DNA from: an uncultured Acidobacteriota bacterium
GTDB taxonomy: Bacteria > Acidobacteriota > Thermoanaerobaculia > UBA5066 > Gp7-AA6
Length of the DNA stretch: 64,000 nucleotides
Assembly: GCA_963764715.1 (NCBI GenBank)
Contig: CAVXTP010000006.1
Span: 32,001-96,000, forward strand
Reading direction: 5' to 3'
The notes under the pieces are model-generated. The model was not told where the DNA came from and did not search any database. It was given only the letters and a program-made list of their open reading frames with translations. Within the stretch, counting starts at the first letter, position 1. Every line of letters begins with the position of its first letter. This document shows positions 1-9,702 of the stretch, in pieces. The position numbers and the translations under genes are program-made.

Positions 1-36
1 ACGCATGCGGGGGCCTCCTGCGGGAGAGAAAGTATA
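1..36 (-). promoter_or_regulatory. -10 box, SD and start codon of a gene running off the left edge
   Basis: The minus strand reads TATACT (31-36), then AGGAGG, then ATG at 6. Confidence 0.5.
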
Positions 37-81
37 TGGGGAGCGAGACGCGGACGCGCGGACCGCGATCGCGCGCCGCCG

Positions 82-1836
82 TCAGCGTCTGCCGCCCGAC
101 GATGCCTTCGCGGCACCGTCCCCCGCCGATCCGCCGTAGAAGTCGATGAGCGCGTCGACGAGCGCCTCGGCCACCTTTTCGCGGTAGGCCCGGGTGCGCA
201 ACAGCTTCCGGTCGTCGGGATTGTTGAGATTGCAGATCTCGACGAGGATTCGGGCCGGGATGCGGTTGTACCGAAGGATCGCCGGCACCCACTCGCGCCC
301 CCCGCGGATGACGTTGCGCCGCACCGGCTGGAAGGCGTGGAGCGGCAGGCCCGCCTCGCGGAAGGCGGCCACGACGCGGTCGGCGAGGTCCTGCGAGACG
401 CCTTCGGCGGCGACCCTCTCGCGGCGCGAGAACGACACCTTCGGAGACTCGCGGACCTCGCGCCGCGACGTGTACGGCTCACCCGTCTTCTGGAAGGAGC
501 CGTCGAGGAACTTCTCGCCGGGAACGTAGATCATCGTGCCGCGCACGGCGGGGTGGAGCGAGTCCGCGTGAAGCGACAGGAAGACCGTGCGGTCCTCCTG
601 GCCTCCGTTCTTCTCGACGTTGCGGAAGACCGAGTTGGCGAGGTACCACCGGAAGTTCACTCCGGCGACCGAGTCCTCGATCGGATACGGCGGCGTCGTC
701 AGCACGCGCGCGCTGCGGAACTCGGCCACCCCGTCCGACCGGGCGGCGGCGCACGGGGCGTCGCGGCCGACGGTGGGCACGACGCGGGCCTTCGTTCGGT
801 CGCGGACCCGCCGTTCGACTCGGCACGCAATGTCGTAGACGTAGGCCGCCTCCTGCATCCCGTCGACGATGGCGCCGGTGTCGCGGCCCCCGTGGCCCGC
901 GTCGAGGACGACCGTCACGCCCGAGAGATCGGCCGTCCGAACGGTGTTGGCGAACTGGGCGGCCTCGAGCCGGGCTTTCTCTTCCTCGATCCGCGCCGGA
1001 TCGTCCGGCGGCCGGAACTCCGGCGCGAGGTCGGCGATCGGGATCTTGATCGCGAACCCGACGGGGATCGAGCGCACGTCGTCGATCCCGCTGCGGGCTG
1101 CGATCTCGGCCGCTTTCGCGTTGACGTCCTCGGCGTGGACGCGGCCCGTGAACCGCACGACGACCGCCGAGTACAGGGCTTCGCCCTTCTGCAGGCGGTA
1201 CAGGGCGTAACGGCCCGCGGCGTCGGAGGCGAACTCGAGCGGTGGAGGCGTCTCGGCGGCCGGCGCGGCGGCGTCGACGGCCTCACGGAAGGCGTGGGTC
1301 AGGAGCCGGCCGGGGACCACCACGACCTGGCCGTCCCGGGTTTCGAGCGACGCGATCGCGCCCTCCTTCCGAAGGAGGCGGTAGTTCGTGCCGTCCGCCG
1401 TGAACCACTCGGCGATCCGCCAGAGGCTCTCGGGCGATCCCGTCAGGCCCGTCACGCGATGCTCCCAGCCCGACGTCGTTGCCCGGTCCTCCGGATACAG
1501 CGCTTCGATCGCGATCTTCCGGAAGCTTTGCGAGAGCAGGCGGTACGGGACGCGGACGTAGCGGTCGGTGCGGAGACGCCGGAGCCCTCCGTTGCCCTGG
1601 AGGATCTCCTTCTTGGTCTTCGGGTCCTCGGTCAGGCGCTTGACGAAGGCGTCGACGCCCTCGCCGGGAAGCGGCCGGGCCGCGAGCGAGATTTCGTCGC
1701 CCGAAGCGATCGTGACGCGAATCTCGGGCGACACGACGACGGTCTTCTCCCGCGCCGACACCGGAGTCGCGACGACGACGGCTCCGAGGAGCGCCGCCGC
1801 GAGGCGCGTCCTAGTCCGAGACGGGGGCAAGCGCAT
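82..1836 (-). CDS. N-acetylmuramoyl-L-alanine amidase (Amidase_3) with signal peptide and degenerate LysM-like N-terminal repeats
   Basis: Motifs VVLDAGHGGRDTGA, FLSLHAD and ILVEICNLNN; hydrophobic N-terminus; LysM-like segments ESLWRIAEWF and YRLQKGEALY. Confidence 0.85.
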   Translation of the reverse strand: MRLPPSRTRTRLAAALLGAVVVATPVSAREKTVVVSPEIRVTIASGDEISLAARPLPGEGVDAFVKRLTEDPKTKKEILQGNGGLRRLRTDRYVRVPYRLLSQSFRKIAIEALYPEDRATTSGWEHRVTGLTGSPESLWRIAEWFTADGTNYRLLRKEGAIASLETRDGQVVVVPGRLLTHAFREAVDAAAPAAETPPPLEFASDAAGRYALYRLQKGEALYSAVVVRFTGRVHAEDVNAKAAEIAARSGIDDVRSIPVGFAIKIPIADLAPEFRPPDDPARIEEEKARLEAAQFANTVRTADLSGVTVVLDAGHGGRDTGAIVDGMQEAAYVYDIACRVERRVRDRTKARVVPTVGRDAPCAAARSDGVAEFRSARVLTTPPYPIEDSVAGVNFRWYLANSVFRNVEKNGGQEDRTVFLSLHADSLHPAVRGTMIYVPGEKFLDGSFQKTGEPYTSRREVRESPKVSFSRRERVAAEGVSQDLADRVVAAFREAGLPLHAFQPVRRNVIRGGREWVPAILRYNRIPARILVEICNLNNPDDRKLLRTRAYREKVAEALVDALIDFYGGSAGDGAAKASSGGRR

Positions 1837-3259
1837 CCGGAAAGCCGGCGCCCGCCTCGAACGCCCGCGCCGCGGCGAACATCGTCTCTTCTCCGAAGCG
1901 CGGCCCGAGAACCTGGACTCCGAGCGGGAGGCCTCCTCGCGTCAGGCCGGACGGAATCGAGATCGCCGGCAGGCCCGCGAGCGACGCCGGGACGGTGAAG
2001 ACGTCCGAGAGGTACATCGTCAGCGGGTCGTCCGTCTTCTCGCCGATCTTGAAGGCCGGCCCCGGAATCGAGGGACAGACGATGACGTCGACGGCGGCGA
2101 AGGCGCGGGTGAAGTCGTCCAAGAGGAGCTGGCGTGCCCGCGTCGCGAGCCCGTAGTACGCCTCGTAGTAGCCGGAGGCGAGCGCGAAGGTCCCGAGCAG
2201 GATCCGGCGCTTGACTTCGGCCCCGAAGCCCGAAGTGCGACTCGTGACGTAGACCGACAGCAGGTCGGTGTCGGAGGGCCGCGGCCCGTAGCGGACGCCG
2301 TCGAAGCGCGCCAGGTTGGAGGACGCTTCGGCGCTGGCGATGACGTAGTAGATCGCGATCGCCGCCGGGGCCCGCGGCACCGAGACGGGCAGGACCTCGG
2401 CGCCGGCCTCGCGGAAGATCCGTCGCGCCTCTTCCAGGTTCGCCGCGACTTCCGGGTCGAGACCTCCGTCCTCGGCCTCCTCGAGGAAGCCGACCCGCAG
2501 GCCCTCGACACCCCGTCCGAGCGCGGCCTCGGGCGACCCGACCGGCACGTCCGCCGTGGTCGAGTCGAGCGGGTCCGCTCCCGCGACGACCCCGTACAGG
2601 CGGGCGGCGTCGGCGACGCTCCGCGTCAGCGGACCGATCTGGTCGAGGGACGAGGCGAACGCCACGAGGCCGTATCGCGACACGCGGCCGTAGGTCGGCT
2701 TGAACCCGACGACGCCGCAGCACGCCGCGGGCTGCCGGATCGACCCCCCGGTGTCGGAACCGAAGCCGGCCGGAACGAAACGCGCCGCGACGGCCGCCGC
2801 GCTGCCCCCGGACGACCCGCCCGGGATTCGGGTGGTGTCCCAGGGGTTGCGGGTCACGTGAAACGAGCTGTTCTCGGTCGAGGAGCCCATGGCGAACTCG
2901 TCCATGTTGGCGCGGCCGATGAATACGGCGCCCGCCTGGCGCAGGCGCGCCGCGACCGTCGAGTCGCACGGCGGCCGGAATCCGTCCAGGATCCGCGAAG
3001 CGCAGGCCGTGCGCCGGCCCGCGACCCAGATGTTGTCCTTCATGGCGAGCGGCACGCCCGCGAGCGGGAGCGACTCCCCGGCGGAGACCCGGCGGTCGAC
3101 CGCCTCGGCCTCCTGCAGGGCCAGGTCCCCGGTCACCTCCAGGAAGGCGCGCAGGCGGACGTCCCCCTCCCGGATCGACTCGAGCGACTCGCGGACGACC
3201 TCCACGGCCGACCGGCGCCGCGCGCCCACGTCGACCGCGGTTTCGATGACGCCGGCCAT
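1811..3259 (-). CDS. gatA: Asp-tRNA(Asn)/Glu-tRNA(Gln) amidotransferase subunit A
   Basis: Amidase signature [38 protein letters not shown]; the true start is ATG 3259 (MAGVIE), inside the longer ORF. Confidence 0.95.
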   Translation of the reverse strand: MAGVIETAVDVGARRRSAVEVVRESLESIREGDVRLRAFLEVTGDLALQEAEAVDRRVSAGESLPLAGVPLAMKDNIWVAGRRTACASRILDGFRPPCDSTVAARLRQAGAVFIGRANMDEFAMGSSTENSSFHVTRNPWDTTRIPGGSSGGSAAAVAARFVPAGFGSDTGGSIRQPAACCGVVGFKPTYGRVSRYGLVAFASSLDQIGPLTRSVADAARLYGVVAGADPLDSTTADVPVGSPEAALGRGVEGLRVGFLEEAEDGGLDPEVAANLEEARRIFREAGAEVLPVSVPRAPAAIAIYYVIASAEASSNLARFDGVRYGPRPSDTDLLSVYVTSRTSGFGAEVKRRILLGTFALASGYYEAYYGLATRARQLLLDDFTRAFAAVDVIVCPSIPGPAFKIGEKTDDPLTMYLSDVFTVPASLAGLPAISIPSGLTRGGLPLGVQVLGPRFGEETMFAAARAFEAGAGFPDALAPVSD

Positions 3260-3261
3260 GC

Positions 3262-3567
3262 TCAGCTTCCCGAGCCGACGACGCGGGGCACGACCCCGTA
3301 GCCGTGGACCTGCCGGGGAGCGTTGGCAGCGAGAGCCTCGGCGCCGTGGCCGTCCCGCGGCGCGTCGTCGCGGACGGGAGTGGCGGGGGCGCCGGCCGGG
3401 ACCGCGAAGGCCTCCTCCGGAATCTGCCGAAGCTGTTCGATGTGCCCGATGACACGCGAGATCTGGCCCGTCCAGAGGGGCAGGTCCGACTCGGGCAGGC
3501 GCAGGCGCGCGAGCTCGGCCACTTTGCGCACGACCTCGGGAGTGACAACCGCGGAGGAGGATGACAT
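3262..3567 (-). CDS. gatC: Asp/Glu-tRNA amidotransferase subunit C
   Basis: VRKVAELARLRL...VRDD...VVPRVV; directly upstream of gatA. Confidence 0.9.
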   Translation of the reverse strand: MSSSSAVVTPEVVRKVAELARLRLPESDLPLWTGQISRVIGHIEQLRQIPEEAFAVPAGAPATPVRDDAPRDGHGAEALAANAPRQVHGYGVVPRVVGSGS

Positions 3568-3574
3568 CCTGAAA

Positions 3575-3583
3575 ATTGTACCA
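3575..3583 (-). promoter_or_regulatory. Extended -10 promoter of gatC (probably leaderless)
   Basis: TGgTACAAT lies 7 nt upstream of the ATG at 3567. Confidence 0.55.
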
Positions 3584-3589
3584 GCCCGT

Positions 3590-4858
3590 ATGTCCGAGCA
3601 CCCCCGGCACCGCCGCTCCCCCGGCCTCGCGCGCCTGCTCCGGCGCCGCGAGGTGCGGGCCTTCGCACGCGTCGCGCGGCGGCAGGGCGCCGACGCGTGG
3701 CTCGTCGGCGGCGCGGTGCGCGATGCGTGGCTCGGACTTCCGGTCCCGGAGGTCGACGCCGCGATCGCGCGCGACGCCGAAGCCGCAGCCCGCGCCCTCG
3801 AGGCGGAAGGCGCCGGCCGCGCTGTCTTTCTGTCCCGGGATCGACCCGGGCCCCGCGTCTATCGCGTGGCGGGCCGCCGGCCCCTCGACATCGCGGAGGT
3901 CGAGGGAGCTTCGATCGAAGCGGACCTCGCGCGGCGCGACTTCACCGTCAACGCCCTCGCCCTCCCGGTCGACGGGGGACCGGGCGACGTCCTCGACCCG
4001 TTCGGAGGGCTCGGCGACCTTGCGAAGAAGCGTCTGCGTCCAGTGCGCCGGGAGAACATCCTCGACGATCCGCTCCGGGCTCTGCGCGCGGCCCGTTTTC
4101 TCGCGACCCACGGCCTCGACCCCGACCGCGCGACACTCGCCGCCGCCCGGGCCGCCGCGTCGGGCCTCGAGCGCGTCGCCGCCGAACGGATCGCGGGCGA
4201 GCTCGCGCGGATCCTCGGCAGCCCGCGCGCGGCCCCGGCCCTGGGCTGGGCGGCGAAAGCCGGTCTCCTGACGGCGACCCTCGGACTTCCCCTGTCCCCC
4301 GGGCGCGCCCGGGCCCTCGCCCGCGCCCTCGCCGCGCTCGACGACGCCGGGACGCGCCGCCTTCCCGAGCCTCGCCGGCGGCGCCTGCGACTGGCCGCCC
4401 TGGCTCTCGCGCTCGGCCTTTCGGGGCGCGGAGCCTTCGGCTGGCTTTCCCGGCGAAGGCTGCCGCGGCGGGAGGCGGACGACGCGGCGCGCATGACGTC
4501 ACTGGTCGAAGGGGCGGCGTCGATCCGGCCGGGCGACCGAAAGGGGGCCTGGCGCTGGGTGCTCGAGGCGGGGCCGCTCGCCCACGACGCCGCGCGCCTG
4601 CTGTCGCGCCGGGGCGAGACCCGGCTCGCCGCGCGGCTCGCCCGCCTCGCGCGTCGCAAGCCCCGCCGCGTCGACGTCGGCGGCGACGACGTGCTGCGGT
4701 GGCTCGGGATCCCCGCGGGCCCGGCGGTCGGCGCCCTGCTCCGGGAGCTCGCCGTGGCGGCCGCGTGCGGCCAGGTGCAGACGCGGCGTGAGGCCCGGGA
4801 CTGGCTGTCCGTACAGGTTCGGGAAGGCCTCGCACCGGCTATAATCTCGGAACATTGA
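3590..4858 (+). CDS. tRNA nucleotidyltransferase (class II, probably CC-adding type)
   Basis: LVGGAVRD, DLARRDFTVNALA, DPFGGLGDL, DDPLRALRAARF, VAAERIAGEL; start uncertain. Confidence 0.8.
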   Translation: MSEHPRHRRSPGLARLLRRREVRAFARVARRQGADAWLVGGAVRDAWLGLPVPEVDAAIARDAEAAARALEAEGAGRAVFLSRDRPGPRVYRVAGRRPLDIAEVEGASIEADLARRDFTVNALALPVDGGPGDVLDPFGGLGDLAKKRLRPVRRENILDDPLRALRAARFLATHGLDPDRATLAAARAAASGLERVAAERIAGELARILGSPRAAPALGWAAKAGLLTATLGLPLSPGRARALARALAALDDAGTRRLPEPRRRRLRLAALALALGLSGRGAFGWLSRRRLPRREADDAARMTSLVEGAASIRPGDRKGAWRWVLEAGPLAHDAARLLSRRGETRLAARLARLARRKPRRVDVGGDDVLRWLGIPAGPAVGALLRELAVAAACGQVQTRREARDWLSVQVREGLAPAIISEH

Positions 4859-6303
4859 CCCTCGCTGAATTGCTCAAGTTCATGGCCAAGAAGGAGGCTT
4901 CCGACCTCCACTTGAAGCCAATGCGGCCCCCCTTGCTCCGGATCAAGGGACGACTGATCCCCTTGAATGCAGACGCCTTGCAGCCCAAGGACCTCGAGGA
5001 GATGCTGCTGGGCATCCTGACCCCCGCCCAGAAGGAGCGCCTGGAACGCACTCAGTCGGTCGACGTCGGCTACGGCCTGACCGGGGTCGCCCGCTTCCGG
5101 TGCAACATCTTCGTCCAGCGAGGCTCGTTCGCGGCCGTCTTCCGGCGGATCCCCTTCAAGCTGCCCTCGATCGCGGAGCTGAACCTTCCCGAGGTCCTCG
5201 AGAGCTTCGTCCACCTGCCCAAGGGGCTCGTGCTCGTCACCGGGCCGACGGGGTCGGGCAAGTCCACGACGCTCGCCGGCATCATGCGCTCGATCATCGA
5301 GAAGCGGCCGGTCCACATCGTCACGATCGAGGACCCGATCGAGTTCCTGTTCGCCGACGGCAAGGCCGCTGTCTCCCAGCGCGAGGTCTCCACCGACTCG
5401 CCCAGCTTCAACGAGGCCCTGAAGAACATGTTCCGGCAGGACCCGGACGTGATCATGGTCGGCGAGATGCGCGACTGGAATACGATGCAGACGGCGATCA
5501 CGGCGGCCGAGACCGGCCACCTCGTGTTCTCGACCCTCCACACCAACAGCGCGGCGCAGTCGATCGACCGCATCATCGACTCCTGCCCCCAGGAACAGCA
5601 GGCCCAGGTCCGTTCCCAGCTCTCGATCGTCCTGCGCGCGATCGTCTCCATGAACCTCATCGAGACCTCGGACGGCTCCGGCCGCTGCGCCGTGGTCGAG
5701 GTCATGATCAACTCGCCCAAGATCGAAAAGCACATCCTGAACGGCGAGGTCAAGGAGATCCACGAGGAGATCGAGAACTCCGTCAACTACTACAAGATGC
5801 AGTCGATGAACCAGTGCCTGATCGCGCTGCTCGTCAACAAGCGGATCACGTATGCGAAGGCCATGGAGCTCTCGACCGACCCCGAAGACCTTTCCCTCAA
5901 GCTCCGCAAGCTCTTCCCCCAGATCGAGGAAAACCAGCGAGGTGGCCTGATGGCGTCCGACAACGACTTTTCCCAGATCACCCAGTTGATCGAGATCAAG
6001 CGTCTCTACGAGGAGCAGGAGGAGAAGTGGAAGCTCCGGCTCACCGAGAAGGACGAGGAGCTCAACAAGTACATGGTCGAGCTGCGCGACCAGCGCCGCG
6101 TCATCGAGGGGCGCGACTCCGTCCTGAACGACGCCGAGACCGAGAACACCCGGTTGAAGTCCGACGCCGAGCGCATCTCCCGCGAGTTCCAGCAGAAGAT
6201 CGCGCAGCTGAACGAACGCATCAAGGAGCTCAACCAGCGCCTCGTCCTCGCCGAAGGCGGCCCGAAGGCCGCGGCGGGCCAGGGCGGCTTCTTCAAGAAG
6301 TAG
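4855..6303 (+). CDS. pilT: PilT/PilU-family type IV pilus retraction ATPase with C-terminal coiled-coil extension
   Basis: ASDLHL, Walker A GPTGSGKST, TIEDPIEF, RQDPDVIMVGEMRD, TGHLVFSTLHTNSA; a perfect TATAAT at 4840-4845 lies just upstream. Confidence 0.85.
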   Translation: MTLAELLKFMAKKEASDLHLKPMRPPLLRIKGRLIPLNADALQPKDLEEMLLGILTPAQKERLERTQSVDVGYGLTGVARFRCNIFVQRGSFAAVFRRIPFKLPSIAELNLPEVLESFVHLPKGLVLVTGPTGSGKSTTLAGIMRSIIEKRPVHIVTIEDPIEFLFADGKAAVSQREVSTDSPSFNEALKNMFRQDPDVIMVGEMRDWNTMQTAITAAETGHLVFSTLHTNSAAQSIDRIIDSCPQEQQAQVRSQLSIVLRAIVSMNLIETSDGSGRCAVVEVMINSPKIEKHILNGEVKEIHEEIENSVNYYKMQSMNQCLIALLVNKRITYAKAMELSTDPEDLSLKLRKLFPQIEENQRGGLMASDNDFSQITQLIEIKRLYEEQEEKWKLRLTEKDEELNKYMVELRDQRRVIEGRDSVLNDAETENTRLKSDAERISREFQQKIAQLNERIKELNQRLVLAEGGPKAAAGQGGFFKK

Positions 6304-6682
6304 CCGGGCCGCCCCTTCCCGCAAAGCGCGAGGCGGCCAGGGCGCCCAGGAAGCCCGCCAGGGCGTCCACGAGGGCGTCTCCCGCCTCCATCGACCGCCC
6401 CGGGATGAACGCCTGGTGGATCTCGTCGAGCGTTCCCCAGGCGGCGAGCACGCCCCCGACGGCGAGCGCCCGGCGCCAGGCGAACCGCCCCGCCGGTCCC
6501 CGCCAGACGATGGCGAAATAGAGCAGGAAGCCCTCGACGCCGTAGAGGAACCCGTGCACGAGTTTGTCGAAGTTCGGGATCGATGAGACGACCGGCACCT
6601 CGGGCGGGGACGGCCAGGAGGTCAGGGCGAGGAGGAAGAGCCCCCAGACGATCGCCGCGGTGCGGGCCCGCTGGACCGTCAT
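6293..6682 (-). CDS. VanZ-family membrane protein
   Basis: DKLVHGFLY and DEIHQAFIPGRS motifs; several hydrophobic segments. Confidence 0.85.
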   Translation of the reverse strand: MTVQRARTAAIVWGLFLLALTSWPSPPEVPVVSSIPNFDKLVHGFLYGVEGFLLYFAIVWRGPAGRFAWRRALAVGGVLAAWGTLDEIHQAFIPGRSMEAGDALVDALAGFLGALAASRFAGRGGPATS

Positions 6683-6687
6683 CAGCC

Positions 6688-6721
6688 AAAGGAAAAGGGC
6701 GCCGCGCAGGCGCGACGCCCT
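6688..6721 (-). terminator. Intrinsic terminator of the alpha operon
   Basis: AGGGCGTCGCG-CCTG-CGCGGCGCCCT followed by TTTCCTTT, just after rplQ. Confidence 0.75.
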
Positions 6722-6744
6722 CGAAGCGGAAGGTCCTCGAATCG

Positions 6745-7344
6745 CTAGGCCCCGCGCTTGGACGGACCCGTCCGCGACGGGCCCTTCTTCGGCGCGGGCT
6801 TGGCGGCCGGCTTGACCCGCTCGGCCTTCGGCGCCGCCGCCTTGCGCGGCGGCTTCTGGCCCTGGGCCTCCTCCCCGCCCTCGCCTTCGGTCTTCTGCTT
6901 GCGGACCGTCTCGACGCGCCCGCCGGCGGCCCGGCGCGCCCGGTCCGAAAGGGACTCCTTCTTCGGGCCCCGCTCCTTCGGCTCGAACTTGAAGTCGACG
7001 AACTCGAGGATGGCGGCCTCGGCGGCGTCGCCCTTGCGCGACCCGAGCCTGAGGATGCGCGTGTAGCCGCCCGGGCGATCGACGAAGCGCGGCGCGATCG
7101 CCTCGAAGAGCTTCTTGACCGTGGTGCGGTCCGGAATCCAGCGGGCGACGTGGCGGCGCGCCGCCACCCCGTCGTTCTTGGCCCGGGTCACGAGGCGCTC
7201 GGCGATCGGCCGGAGCTCCTTGGCCTTGGTCAGCGTGGTCTCGATCCGCTCGTGCGTCACGAGGGACGCGAGCTGATTCGAGAACATCGCCAGCCGGTGG
7301 GACGTCGTGCGGCGGAGCTTGCGCCCCGCGCGGTTGTGCTGCAT
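6745..7344 (-). CDS. rplQ: 50S ribosomal protein L17 with long Lys/Ala/Pro-rich C-terminal tail
   Basis: GRKLRRTTSHR, RIETTLTKAKELR, RPGGYTRI. Confidence 0.97.
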   Translation of the reverse strand: MQHNRAGRKLRRTTSHRLAMFSNQLASLVTHERIETTLTKAKELRPIAERLVTRAKNDGVAARRHVARWIPDRTTVKKLFEAIAPRFVDRPGGYTRILRLGSRKGDAAEAAILEFVDFKFEPKERGPKKESLSDRARRAAGGRVETVRKQKTEGEGGEEAQGQKPPRKAAAPKAERVKPAAKPAPKKGPSRTGPSKRGA

Positions 7345-7471
7345 GTCTATTGTCCTATCACAAAAGTCCGGATATCAATCTCGAGGCCGAAATGCCGCTC
7401 AGGTTCTCTCGTACCCGAGTCCCGACGCGGATGAGTCGACCTGGAGCGCCTCATGATCCGGCCACCAAACA

Positions 7472-8455
7472 CTACTCGCTCTTGGCTTCGACCGGCTCGA
7501 GCTCCATCCCGAGGGACAGGCCCATGGGCCGGAGGATGTCTTTGATCTCGTTCAGGGACTTGCGCCCGAAGTTCTTGGTCTCGAGCATGTCCTTCTCGGT
7601 CCGCTGGACGAGGTCGCGGATCGTCCGGATGCCCGCGTTCTTGAGGCAGTTCGCGCTCCGGACCGAAAGCTCCAGCTCGTCGACCGACTTGTTGAGGTAC
7701 TCGGCCAGGTTCTCCGGCAGCTCGCCCTCGCCGGCGCCCTCGAGCGCCGTCTCGTGGTCGGCGTTGACGAAGATCGTCAGGTGATCGCGGAGCAGCGTCG
7801 ACGCCAGGCCGACCGCGTCCGTCGGGGAGATCGTGCCGTTGGTCCAGACCTCGAGGACGAGGCGGTCGTAGTCGGTGGCCTGCCCGATGCGGGCCGCCTC
7901 GACGTGATAGTTCACGCGGCGGACCGGCGAGTGGACCGAGTCGATCGGGATGTAGCCGATGCCCATGTCGTCGTCGAAGTTCTTGTCGGCCGACGACGTA
8001 GCCGCGGCCGCGTCGAGACCCGGAGCTCCAGCTCGCAGGCGGCCGTTCTCCGACAGCGTCGCGATCGGCGCATCCGGCTCGAGGATCTCGATCGCCGAGT
8101 CGTCCTGGAGGTCGGCGGCCGTGACCTTGCCCTTGCGCTCGACGTCGATCGTGAGGATCTTCTCCTCGGTGGTGTGCATCTTGATGGGGATCTGCTTGAG
8201 GTTGAGGATGATGTCGGTGATGTCCTCGACGACTCCCGGCAGCGACGAGAACTCGTGCAGCACGCCCTCGATCTTGACGGCCGTGATCGCCGCTCCCTCG
8301 ATCGAGGACAGCAGCACGCGGCGCAGGGCGTTGCCGATCGTCGTGCCGAAGCCCCGCTCGAACGGCTGGGCGTAGAACTTTCCGTAGGTCGACGTCAGCG
8401 TCTCGGTGTCGATCTCGAGCCGCTTGGGCTTCTGAAAATCTTTCCAAAGCGTCAT
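7472..8455 (-). CDS. rpoA: RNA polymerase alpha subunit (compensating indels near 7990-8040)
   Basis: [44 protein letters not shown]; start ATG 8455. Confidence 0.97.
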   Translation of the reverse strand: MTLWKDFQKPKRLEIDTETLTSTYGKFYAQPFERGFGTTIGNALRRVLLSSIEGAAITAVKIEGVLHEFSSLPGVVEDITDIILNLKQIPIKMHTTEEKILTIDVERKGKVTAADLQDDSAIEILEPDAPIATLSENGRLRAGAPGLDAAAATSSADKNFDDDMGIGYIPIDSVHSPVRRVNYHVEAARIGQATDYDRLVLEVWTNGTISPTDAVGLASTLLRDHLTIFVNADHETALEGAGEGELPENLAEYLNKSVDELELSVRSANCLKNAGIRTIRDLVQRTEKDMLETKNFGRKSLNEIKDILRPMGLSLGMELEPVEAKSE

Positions 8456-8484
8456 GGAGACGTGCCGCTCGCTCACTGAGGAAC

Positions 8485-9113
8485 TTACTTCGAGTACAGC
8501 TCGACGATCAGCTGCTCCTGAATCGGCAGCTTGATGTCTTCGCGCTTCGGCAGACTCCACGACCCGTCCGGAGAACGCCTCCGGCGTCAGGTCGAGCCAC
8601 GACGGGACGCCGCGGCCGCGGGCCGTCTCGACCGAGGACTTGATCTGCTCGTTGGTGCGGCTCTTCTCCTTGATGGCGATGACCTGACCCTTGCCCACGC
8701 GGATAGGACGGGATCGAGACCTTCCGTCCGTCGACCGTGACGTGCCCGTGGCGGACGAGCTGCCGCGCCTGGGCGCGCGAGGCCGCGAAGCCCAGCGCGA
8801 ACGTCACGTTGTCGAGACGGCGCTCGAGCTCCTCGAGCAGGTTGGCGCCGGTGATGCCCTTGCGCCGCTCGGCGCGCACGAACGCCAGGCGGAACTGGCT
8901 CTCGAGGAGACCGTAGATCCGCTTGACCTTCTGCTTTTCCCGGAGCTGGATGCCGTAGCCCAGGAGCTTCGAACGCCTCCGGCCGTGCTGGCCGGGCGGA
9001 TAGTTGCGCCGCTCGATGGCGCACTTGTCCTTGAAACAGCGGTCCCCCTTGAGGAACAGCTTCATGCCTTCTCGCCGGCACAGCCGGCAGACCGACTCGC
9101 TATAACGGGCCAA
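8485..9113 (-). CDS. rpsD: 30S ribosomal protein S4, Zn-ribbon type (frameshifted in this sequence)
   Basis: MARY...[21 protein letters not shown]; the C-terminus ELYSK* is in another frame. Confidence 0.95.
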
Positions 9114-9244
9114 ACCCTTTACCTCCTCGACCCCATTCCTCGCTTTACGTCCTTCTTCCCGACCGGGACCGAAGCGTCGGTTTACGGACGAGCCGTCGGC
9201 GAAGGGCCGGCGGCTATCGTCAACAAACCCCTATTCCCTACGCG

Positions 9245-9686
9245 CTAGACCCGCCGCCGCTTGCGCGGCCGGCAGCCGTTGTGGGGAATCGGGGTCGTGT
9301 CCTTGATGGACTTGATGTCGATGCCGTTGGCCTGGAGCGCCCGGATGGCCGACTCGCGGCCGGCGCCCGGCCCCGTCGACGCGCACGTCGACCGAGCGCA
9401 CGCCGTGCTCCTTGGCGTGCTCGGCGCAGTTGGCCGCCGCGAGCTGGGCGGCGAACGGCGTGCCCTTGCGCGAGCCCTTGAACCCGATGCGCCCGGCCGA
9501 CGACCAGCCGAGCACGTTGCCCTCGGCGTCCGCGATCGAGACGATCGTGTTGTTGAACGACGCGTTGACCGTCGCCATCCCGTGCGGGATGTTCTTCTTT
9601 TCCTTCTTCCCGGTGCGGGCGCGCTTGCCCTTGGCGGGCTTGGCGCCCTTCTCGGGGACGGCGGATGCGGGTGTCGGTTCAGCCAT
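9245..9686 (-). CDS. rpsK: 30S ribosomal protein S11 (frameshift near 9375)
   Basis: [21 protein letters not shown], then [15 protein letters not shown] in a second frame. Confidence 0.95.
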
Positions 9687-9702
9687 GTCTTCCTCTTACT
9701 TC

